Shown: positions 13,265 through 24,700 of the stretch, in pieces | How the letters are laid out: every line of letters begins with the position of its first letter | Position numbering within the stretch: position 1 is the first letter of the stretch | Source of the DNA: Tubiluchus corallicola | Lineage: Eukaryota > Animalia > Priapulida | Direction: 5' to 3' | Assembly (NCBI GenBank): GCA_030141605.1 | Contig: JAQGDQ010000381.1 | Coordinates: 159,711 to 223,710, forward strand | Length of the DNA stretch: 64,000 nucleotides | Position numbers and translations under genes: made by a program | Notes under the pieces: model-generated | Told to the model about the DNA's origin: nothing | The model's database searches: none | Seen by the model: only the letters and a program-made list of their open reading frames with translations

Positions 13265-15195
13265 TATGTTCCATATCGTTACTCATTGTTTCCGTACAGT
13301 TATATTGTTCCGTACCATTACTCATTGTTTCCGTACAGTTATATTGTTTCATACCGTTACTCAATGTTTCTGTACAGTTATATTGTTTCGTACCGTTACT
13401 CATTGTTTGTGTACAGTTGTATTGTTCCGTACCATTACTCATTGTTTCTGTACAGTTATATTGTTCCGTACCGTTACTCATTGTTTCTGTACAGTTATAT
13501 TCTTCCGTACCGTTACTCATTGTTTCTGTACAGTTATACTGTTCTGTACCGTTACTCGTTTCTGTACAGTTATATTGTTCTGTACCGTTACTCATTGTTT
13601 CTGTACAGTTATATTGTTTCGTACCGTTACTCAATGTTTCTGTACAGTTATATTGTTCTGTACCGTTACTCATTGTTTCTGTACAGTTATATTGTTCTGT
13701 ACCGTTACTCATTGTTTCTGTACAGTTATATTGTTTCGTACCATTACTCATTGTTTCTGTACAGTTATATTGTTTCGTACCGTTACTCAATGTTTCTGTA
13801 CAGTTATATTGTTCTGTACCGTTACTCATTGTTTCTGTACAGTTATATTGTTCCGTACCGTTACTCAATGTTTCTGTACAGTTATATTGTTCTGTACCGT
13901 TACTCAATGTTTCTGTACAGTTATATTGTTCTGTACCGTTACTCATTGTTTCTGTACAGTTATATTGTTTCGTACCATTACTCATTGTTTCTGTACAGTT
14001 ATATTCTTTCGTACCGTTACTCATTGTTTCTGTACAGTTATACTGTTCTGTACCGTTACTCGTTTCTGTACAGTTATATTGTTCTGTACCGTTAGTCATT
14101 GTTTCTGTACAGTTATATTGTTTCGTACCGTTACTCAATGTTTCTGTACAGTTATATTGTTCTGTACCGTTACTCATTGTTTCTGTACAGTTATATTGTT
14201 CCGTACCGTTACTCAATGTTTCTGTACAGTTATATTGTTCTGTACCGTTACTCATTGTTTCTGTACAGTTATATTGTTCCGTACCGTTACTCAATGTTTC
14301 TGTACAGTTATATTGTTCTGTACCGTTACTCAATGTTTCTGTACAGTTATATTGTTCTGTACCGTTACTCATTGTTTCTGTACAGTTATATTGTTTCGTA
14401 CCATTACTCATTGTTTCTGTACAGTTATATTCTTTCGTACCGTTACTCATTGTTTCTGTACAGTTATACTGTTCTGTACCGTTACTCGTTTCTGTACAGT
14501 TATATTGTTCTGTACCGTTACTCATTGTTTCTGTACAGTTATATTGTTTCGTACCGTTACTCAATGTTTCTGTACAGTTATATTGTTCTGTACCGTTACT
14601 CATTGTTTCTCTACAGTTATATTGTTCTGTACCGTTACTCATTGTTTCTGTACAGTTATATTGTTTCGTACCATTACTCATTGTTTCTGTACAGTTATAT
14701 TCTTTCGTACCGTTACTCATTGTTTCTGTACAGTTATACTGTTCTGTACCGTTACTCGTTTCTGTACAGTTATATTGTTCTGTACCGTTACTCAATGTTT
14801 CTGTACAGTTATATTGTTCTGTACCGTTACTCATTGTTTCTGTACAGTTATATTGTTCCGTACCGTTACTCAATGTTTCTGTACAGTTATATTGTTTCGT
14901 ACCATTACTCATTGTTTCTGTACAGTTATATTGTTCTGTACCGTTACTCATTGTTTCTGTACAGTTATATTGTTTCGTACCATTACTCATTGTTTCTGTA
15001 CAGTTATATTGTTTCGTACCGCTACTCATTGTTTCTGTACAGTTATATTGTTCCGCACCGTTACTCATTGTTTCTGTACAGTTATATTGTTTCGTACCGC
15101 TACTCATTGTTTCTGTACAGTTATATTGTTCCGCACCGTTACTCATTGTTTCTGTACAGTTATATTGTTCCGTACTGTTACTCATTGTTTCTACA
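13265..15195. repeat. 33-bp minisatellite, about 58 copies, with higher-order structure
   Basis: Unit gtaccgttactcattgtttctgtacagttatattgttct-like; a 30-bp variant recurs near 13557, 14060, 14487 and 14757. Confidence 0.97.
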
Positions 15196-15476
15196 ATAAT
15201 ATCATTTCTGCTTGCATTTGTCAAATTCTTTCTAAAATGATCATGCTGTATTATAAGCTCAAAAAACAATATTCTACGAATAAAAACCTATGATTTAAAT
15301 CATACATAAAATGTATTATACATTTTTAACATTAGTAAAAACTGCACAATTTTTACAAAAATGTAATGCATTTCTATATTACAATATAATAAATAAATTA
15401 AAGTACTTGCCTTTTATAATATTATCCGTAATACAAGCGCTATGTCCTTAGGATCTAATGTCGTTACAAAGAATAA

Positions 15477-15755
15477 TTATTCCAAATCTTGTAAGTTTAT
15501 CGTCGAATTTGAAAATGCTAAATTACTTTCACTGGAGTCTTGTAAGAGCACGTGTAGAGCTAACTCCTGTCCGGGATGACTAGAGGTCGAACTAGGATGA
15601 CTCTTAGCACCTCTTTCAACGTCTGCACCGAGGGGGTGCCTGATGTTCGGAGTCAATACTAACGGAGAACCTAGTAAATCGGCACCAAGCGGTTGTGAAG
15701 TGTTCAGCAGACATTCTATGTCCGTTTCTGATGTGGTCACTGGTGGTGGGTCGTC
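15477..15755 (-). CDS. ZXDC: ZXD-like last coding exon
   Basis: DDPPPVTTSE...NSTINLQDLE then stop; ttttag acceptor. Confidence 0.88.
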   Translation of the reverse strand, partial: DDPPPVTTSETDIECLLNTSQPLGADLLGSPLVLTPNIRHPLGADVERGAKSHPSSTSSHPGQELALHVLLQDSSESNLAFSNSTINLQDLE

Positions 15756-18700
15756 CTAAAAGATGAAGAAGACAAAATCTTTTCACAGTTTTGCTTTGCA
15801 CACTCGCATTTGCTATAGGTCAAAAGATTAAGTATACCACAGCAATGCATCTTGACAACAACCATCACGTGATATGTGCATAAAGCAAAGTCGTCTGCCA
15901 CAACAGTTTAGTAAAGTCAGTTGTTTTACGTGGACTTTACTTAATTATGCATTAGTCTGTGCATAGAGTGATTTACTAGCAGGATCTTGCTTGGGAACAA
16001 GAAAAAATGAAATAGGTAAGGTTCTAGCTAGCTGTTAAAACTGTAACTATTACAATAGCATAGGCTGCGAGGCGTTGTCAAGTGTACACAGATGTGTTGT
16101 TCGGTACAATTAACCTTTGACATTTTCACGATCATCATCAATCGCTGGAACTGTGGAAAGACTTATTTTTGCAAAATTGGTTTATGACCGACAGCAAGCG
16201 TAACATCAAGTTGCTATCGACTAGAGATATTTACCGGGTATTTAGCAATCGAAGCTATATGATTAGCGAAGTTAAGCAATGCTAAACCAGATTAGTAAAT
16301 TGTTTAGTGACTGGCAGATTCATTGCTACTTTTAGGCAGAGTTTTGTCTACCATACAGCTCTTAAGTTTTTATCTTGTGAAATGAAAATGTAAACACATC
16401 CAAATATGGCCGAAGCGCCTCTGCTAATCCAGTGCCTCATCTTAACTGGTTGTTCTTGATAAAGAAATATGTTCTGGACCTGCAAACGTTGAGTAAACCT
16501 GGCATTGAGTGAAAGAGCCCAGGTTTCTCAGTTGCAGTTTTACAAAAAAAAACACTAAAACAATGCGGCGATCGGGGATGTTACCGCAACCGAAATTTAT
16601 CAAACACACGAAACCGATACTGAAACAAAACCAAACAGAAACATTTTTGCAAAACCAACTACAGTCTAGCCTCGTTATGCCGCCAAACTCGTCTCTCGCC
16701 ATAGAAAGTACCAGGACGGATTTCCTGCTTTGATATTTACCTCGTTAAGTCGCCACCCTCGCTTCTCGCCCCCGCCACGTCATGCTAGGATGAGTGCTTA
16801 TGTAAACTATATTCGTTATGTCGCCAAACAGACAAACTCAGAGGTGAATCGATCAATACATATACCGCGTGTCGATCAATATATCCGCGGTATGTAGACA
16901 ATGCTGCTGTACTCGATAGACAGACATAATTAATCTAGTGTGTGTCTCACCAGGATTAGATTAGGATTGCTGTGGTTGGTTAATGTGCAGAGAAACTAAA
17001 GCGTCATCGATATCCTTACTCTATAACACCAAAGCTGCATTTAAGTTTGAGTTTCCACAAAGTGTAATATTCCCGTTATCTCGCCATACTCGCCTCTCGC
17101 CAAAAATTTGCCCTAGATGGACAGTGGTGAGATAACGAGACTAGACTGTATTATTAAAACCGAAAAAAGAAAATTCTAAAATAATTATGCAAAATATTTT
17201 GTTTTTTTTTGTTAGCTTGCTTTTATTTGCCGTGATGCAAAAATACTGGTACAAAATTCTAGTGCAAACACAAGGAGGTTCCATAGAATAGAACTTCAAA
17301 TTTGATGGAGTGGGTCACCTAAGATAAATTAATGTGTTACAATGTTTTTAGATTCAAGTATCTTTAATGATCAATGTTTAAAGATCATAATGCTTCATTA
17401 AAATAAACAAATTTTATTTCGTAGATATTCAGGGATGAGAATGACAGATTGTAAAAAACTCCAAAACAGGCCGGGGGTTTGGGTCCCGCGTAGGCAGCAA
17501 CAAATTGCAATTTTGTGACCATAGAGAGCCTCTAAGTGGACTTAAAATATCAGTTACCTTGTTTCATGCATAATTTAAAATACCCAACTATCAAGGATAC
17601 ATGATACCTAACTGCCACAAAAACGCCTAAGTACTGGCCCCTCCTATGCAAAAGTATATAAAAACTGTCTGCAATTGACTCAAATAACTCCGCACAATTG
17701 ATTCTATATTTTGATACATAGAGATATACACGTGTTTATACTGATGTACGTGTTGTAAACAAAGCGACGGCCTGCCAACTAGCGGTCAGTTTGTGAAATA
17801 ATGTACTCGGTCCGTAAAAATTTTTTCAATGAATTTACGCGATTTACAAAAATGGCACTACTGGTCTTCCAAAAACTCGGAATTCCGCGTATCCGCGGAA
17901 AATTCTCATCCCTGGATATTCGGTTGCCTATATTTGATAAACTATAAAAATAAATGTTATTTTGATAAATAAATTCAAATGTAGTTTGATATTTCGGCCT
18001 GGACACCCTAAAACTTCACACACAGTCGTCATCACTAAAGATATGCCACATTGCCGGTAAAAGCACGTCGTCACAAACTGTTGCGTACACAAAACTTTTG
18101 CTTTACTTGAAGCAATTAACTCAAGATTTCTTAGCGTTTTTTGACATTTAGGAGAAAAGAAAAAGGAAATTGGATAAAAACTAGTAAAATTTGTGAAAAA
18201 TGCAACGGAAATAACGGCTACGAAGCTTAATAAACTTCGCGGAAACTGAAACTTAAGAAAAAGTGCAAATTATCGGCAAACCGAAGCAAAAATTTCATTT
18301 CGGTAACATCTCTTGTGGCGGTCTTCGTACTCAGTTTTCTTACCCGTAGATACCAAGCTTACCTGCATTAGCTATGCCAAGCTTACCTGCATTAGCTATA
18401 CCAAGCTTACCTGCATTAGCTATGCCAAGCTTACCTGCATTAGCTATGCCAAGCTTACCTGCATTAGCTATGCCAAGCTTACCTGCATTAGCTATGCCAA
18501 GCTTACCTGCATTAGCTATGCCAAGCTTACCTGCATTAGCTATGCCAAGCTTACCTGCATTAGCTATGCCAAGCTTACCTGCATTAGCTATGCCAAGCTT
18601 ACCTGCTTTAGCTATGCCAAGCTTACCTACATTAAGCTATGCCAAACTTACCTGCATTAGCTGAGTTTCAAAGCTGAGAGTCGGCGGAGGTAAAACTATA

Positions 18701-21700
18701 TCTCTCGGTTCAAAATCGCTGCTTTCCTTAGTGGTGGCAGTCCCTTGTTTCTTGCGTTTACGTGTTCTGTCGTTCATTAATCTCTGCGCCATGCTGTCCG
18801 TCCGAGCGGAACCTTTACGATCCTCACCCGTGTCTTCTGCAGTTTCTAAACGCACAAAGTAATTTAACCGTTGTGAAAAAATATGTTTGAAACGGAAATT
18901 GAATACATGAAAGAGCCCCAGCTTCATGGAATCAACATTGAGCGATGATCGTTTCAGCTGCTGAAGCCATTATCAAACTATAAATGAAGCCAAAGAGAAT
19001 GATAAATAATACATTAATGATACAAAGGCACAAACTCCAAAACAACAAGTCTAGTAGCCGAAATTATCATCGCTCAATAAACATGGTGAAAATGCTAATT
19101 CTTATTACAAACAAGAAGCCATTTAATAAAGGCGTGCAGACTTACAAGAGGACATTAATGGAAAGTTTATTTTGACCTCGTGACCTTAACCTTTGAGCCA
19201 AAAAAACTAAATGATTTCCACATCTTGCTCGGATAATAAGTTAGGGTGTTACAGCTTCATCCGTTTTCATTTTATTGACACTTTGACCTTGACCTTAACC
19301 TTTGAGCCAAAAAAACTAAATGATTTCCACATCTTGCTCAGATAATAAGTTAGGGTGTTACAGCTTCATCCGTTTTCATTTTATTGACACTTTGACCTTG
19401 ACTTGTGACCTTTTGTACCAAAAGGCAGTGAGTTTCTAGATCTTGTCAATTCCCCTGTGCCAAATTTATCACTTTTATTGACACGTTGACCTTGACCTTG
19501 TGACCTTTTGTACCAAAAAGCAGAGAGTTTCTAGATCTTGTCAATTCCCCTGTGCCAAATTTAGCGCTTTTATTGACACTTTGACCTTGATCTTATGACC
19601 TTTTGTACCAAAAGGCAGTGAGTTTCTAGATCTTGTCAATTCCCCTGTGCCAAATTTAGCGCTTTTATTGACACTTTGACCTTGACTTTGTGACCTTTTG
19701 TACCAAAAAGCAGGGAGTTTCTAGATCTTGTCAATTCCCCTGTGCCAAATTTAGCACTTTTATTGACACTTTGACCTTGACCTTGTGACCTTTTGCATCA
19801 AAAGGCAGTGAGTTTCTAGATCTTGTCAATTCCCCTGTGCCAAATTTAGTGCTTTTATTGACACTTTGACCTTGACCTTGTGACCTTTTGTACCAAAAGG
19901 CAGTGAGTTTCTAGATCTTGTCAATTCCCCTGTGCCAAATTTAGCACTTTTATTGACACTTTGACCTTGACCTTGTGACCTTTTGTATCAAAAGGCAGTG
20001 AGTTTCTAGATCTTGTCAATTCCCCTGTGCCAAATTTAGTGCTTTTATTGACACTTTGACCTTGACCTTGTGACCTTTTGTACCAAAAAGCAGAGAGTTT
20101 CTAGATCTTGTCAATTCCCCTGTGCCAAATTTAGCGCTTTTATTGACACTTTGACCTTGATCTTATGACCTTTTGAACCAAAAGGCAGTGAGTTTCTAGA
20201 TCTTGTCAATTCCCCTGTGCCAAATTTAGCGCTTTTATTGACACTTTGACCTTGACTTTGTGACCTTTTGTACCAAAAAGCAGGGAGTTTCTAGATCTTG
20301 TCAATTCCCCTGTGCCAAATTTAGCACTTTTATTGACACTTTGACCTTGATCTTGTGACCTTTTGTATCAAAAGGCAGTGAGTTTCTAGATCTTGTCAAT
20401 TCCCCTGTGCCAAATTTAGCACTTTTATTGACACTTTGACCTTGACCTTTTGTACCAAAAGGCAGTGAGTTTCTAGATCTTGTCAATTCCCCTGTGCCAA
20501 ATTTAGCGCTTTTATTGACACTTTGACCTTGACCTTGTGACCTTTTGTACCAAAAGGCAGTGAGTTTCTAGACTTAGCCAAATCTGTGTCAAATTTAGCG
20601 CTTTTAGCTTCGTCTATTTGACTTTAGATGCATTTTTTGACCCTGACTTTCGACCCTTTCAACAAATTATAATTAATTATAATTAATTTGAACATAATGC
20701 CAAAGTCGCTGCAACACAAACTTTTTCTCCGTCCCAAAGTTGGCGGTACAAAGAGATTTAACCGTACATTCTATTTTACGAAATCTCACCTATTTCAGTA
20801 AATGCAGCTGCTTGATCGATGCCAGTAAATGTTGAATCGACTAGATCTGCAGGTAGTATGAACTGCGTCACCACGTTGCTCCCCACGTGTTGATTAATTA
20901 CTGACTCCGTGTTTACGTGCAGTACCGACGGAAGCATCTGATCGTTTGCTGTGAAGCAAAAGGAAAATCAATTCTTTTCTCCACCGTAATTAACAGCGAC
21001 ACAACAGCTTTTTCCTTAAAAAGTACGATGGTTTTTGTAAAACACTCCACTTTTGGATTAAGGTAGATTGGGATCGGCTCTTCAACTCCTTCAGAACTGC
21101 ACCATTCAAAATACGTCTTATAAGACCAATGACTTTTCTGCTACTGTATGAGCACAGACATAACTAAATGAATATAAATTAGGAACTGTTCTATTCAGGA
21201 GAATCTTGGCTATCCAATGATGCTATTTGTTTAAACGTTTATAAGTGATTTAATTGGATAAAATTAAGAAAAACACGCCCTTTTCACACACTCCAACTTA
21301 GCCTATCGAGTAGCTTAGTCTGGTGTGCACTTGCGTGATCGTACACACTATTTTATTGACCACCTGCTTGCTACAGCACAAAAGAATTGTCTGCTGTACA
21401 GAGTTCCAGGAAATACCAACCAACCACTCAAGGAGAAATTAAGGTGGTTTTATCTTTTAACAGGAATTCCTCCTTAAAAATAGAGTAGACTTGAGTCCAA
21501 AGTTTACCAGTGTTGTGTCTGGATAGATGAAATTTTCTGCATTAGCCGGTTTCACACAAGTGATACTGTACATTGTTACAGTGCAAACACTGCAGTTACT
21601 GAAAGATTTTTCAATTTATTTCATTAAAAATTGATTTTTAATTTGTCTAATGTAAGCAAATGCATTTCATATATAATTTTGCATGAAAATTGTGTGAGGA

Positions 21701-24700
21701 GTAGAAACCTACAAAAATTATCAAATATAATTTAATCATTGCTTTAGTGAGCAAAAATCATTGCAAAATTCAGCAAACTCTTACGCTCCTGAAAGAGTTA
21801 AATGTTACAGCAAAAAACTACACATTTTATTTTTGTGTATTGTAGCCTGGATGGCAGGGATTATTATCACATACATTTTATTTATCAAATAACTTTTTGT
21901 AGTGAATCAGTCATAAAAGTGAAACTTGGTTTTTCTTAATTTAAAATTTCCATTTACAATTATGAATGCAGTAAAATATCTGGTAGGCGAGAAACATGGA
22001 AAAACTAAAGTTTGTCGGTATCATGAAGTTTCTTTCATCAGAGCTGACATTTTCGACACTTAAAGCCGGGTCCAACGCAACGTGGGTACATGTGGCAGGA
22101 CGGGAACATTTCCAAATGAGACAAACAGCCAGAATCACTAAGGTGAATGAAACCTCCCCCGAGTAAGCAGGAGCACAGCAACATCTAACAATGTTCTAGG
22201 CTGACAGACTGTAACATGGATTTATGGTTGCTTATATATGAACTGCTGAACACAATTACTTGTGCTGTGTTAGCAACACTAATAGTTGCATGGCACTTAT
22301 ATCTAGGCAAGTTGCGCAACTGTTTGTGGCGTACGTTTTATTTGTTAATCATACTTTTTTGTTATGTCATATAAAAAATGACGCAGTAACCATTTGTGGT
22401 GTGTTACAAAACACGTGCTTTGCATGAATATAAAAGGATGCACATTTGTTATTCCTTTTACATTCGTTCTTTGCATGAATATAAAAGGAATAACAATCTG
22501 GTGCCATAGGCTACAGCTTAGTTAGCCTACCGGTAAGTAGTGCACTCGGTGTTCACTCATCAGTAATTTGAATGACAAGTAATAGCTGTGTTCGTTCTGA
22601 CAGCACTACATACAAAAGCAAACCTCCTAGTTTTAGTCTTCAGATTTGTGCGTAAAGAACAAAACTTATCCCAGAATTCATCGACACGTTTACTACGTAA
22701 GTGCAAACATTGTTTTAAATCGATTTTTTACCTTATGTTTGTATTACTCACATTGCTCACGGTATTACTCACATTGCTCACAGTAATACTCACATTGCTC
22801 ACACTATTATTCACATTGCTCACAGTATTACTCACATTGCTCACGGTATTACTCACATTGCTCACACTATTACTCACATTGCTCACAGTATTACTCACAT
22901 TGCTCACAGTATTTACTCACATTGCTCGGAAATTTGCATAAACTCATTCGGGTTAGTGACTGCAGTGCTGCCCTCTGCAGCCGAAAATACCACATTTTCA
23001 TTCTTTATGCTCAGACATGTCTGTTCGGCTTCGTCGATGACGTACGAGTCTCCGCTGTTGGGTTTATCGGTCGTTTCTTCGTAGAATACCAACGTCTCGC
23101 AGTCTATTTTACTCGTGTCTGTTGTAAATTTAAAATGAATGCTTACAACATTATAAGAAACAAAATCAATGCTAATACAACTGTGACTAAGTACGTTTCA
23201 TTTTACATCTAAACTCAATACAGTGAGTCCTCGTTTAACGACTACCCGTTTAGCGACGTTTCGTTTTAACGACGTTAAAGATCTGACACCTTTTTTCACT
23301 TAACGACGCACGTTTCATTTTAAAGAATCATTTTAGTAATTTTACATCTAAACTCAATACAGTGAGTCCTCGTTTAACGAGTACCTCGTTTAGCGACGTT
23401 TCATTTTAACAACGTTAAAGATCTGACACCTTTTTTCACTTAACGACGCACATTTCATTTTAAAGATTCATTTTAGTAATTTTACATCTAAACTCAATAC
23501 AGTGAGTTCTCGTTTAACGACTACCTCGTTTAGCGACGTTTCGTTTTAACGACGTTAAAGATCTGACACCTTTTTTCACTTAACGATGCACATTTCATTT
23601 TAACTTTTTTTTTACTTTGCTCAACTGTTTTACCTAATTGGAAACCTGCATTAAAAGAGTGCATATTGCATCATTCTGTTTCAAAAATGCACTAGTAATG
23701 TACACACTGCAACTATTGTACAAGTACACATGTTTTTGCATCCTGACTGACCACAAAATGCTACCTGTTTGTATGAAGCAAGACCTGGGAGCAAACTTCA
23801 CAGGAAGGAATTTTGCCTGCAACCTGTTGTTATGGCAACCAGACTGGGAGAAAACTTCACGCGAAGGAATTTTGCCTGCAACCTGTTGTTATGGCAACCA
23901 GACTGGGAGCAAACTTCACGCGAAGGAATTTTGCCTGCAACCTGTTGTTATGGCAACCAGACTGGGAGCAAACTTCACATGAAGGAATTTTGCCTGCAAC
24001 CTGTTGTTATGGGAACCAGACTGGGAGCAAACTTCACATGAAGGAATTTTGCCTGCAACCTGTTGTTATGGCAACCAGACTAAATTTCTAGATAAAATTC
24101 CCAAAGTCTTGGCTGTTTTTTCTGCAGTGTTTATTGTTTAACTGCTACCTAAACTTTAAATGCTGCCCAAAATGAAAGAGAAACCTCTAGCTAGGTAAGT
24201 AAAATCTACAAGTGTTTTCAAGCAAGCAGAAAGAAATTAATCAGTAGAAAAATGAGTAAAATGTTTAATTTATATGATTTAATCAGCATTGATATTTGCC
24301 TCTGGAACGTATCCCAATCTTTTACATTATTTTCTATGGAAGTCTTGGCTTCGTTTAACAACGTTTCGCTTAATGTCACGTTTTGTTGTAACGCATTAAC
24401 GTCGTTAAGCGAGGACTTACTGTATATTTTCATAAAAACTTTCATAAAAATTGCGCACAAATAAACAATTAGTATCAGTCTGACTGCTCAATGAACTAAC
24501 ATAACTAACTAAAGCGCTGGCAAACTGCCAAGTTTAGAAACTTGAAGGGAAGAAAAGGAGTTTTAAAGTATATTTACAAAAAACTTTTCTAACTTAAGTT
24601 ACATACTGTTATGCTTGCCTGTTTGAAAGTCATCGCGTGAGTTTAAATTTACAAGTTTTATACAGCGTTACTGTTGACACAAGCTCTTCAAGCAATAAGC

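Noticed and set aside
13164-15293. ORFs of about 700 aa resembling a mucin or ice-nucleation-type repeat protein
   Set aside because: Several frames on both strands are open because the 33-bp unit lacks stops; there is no signal peptide or unique domain.
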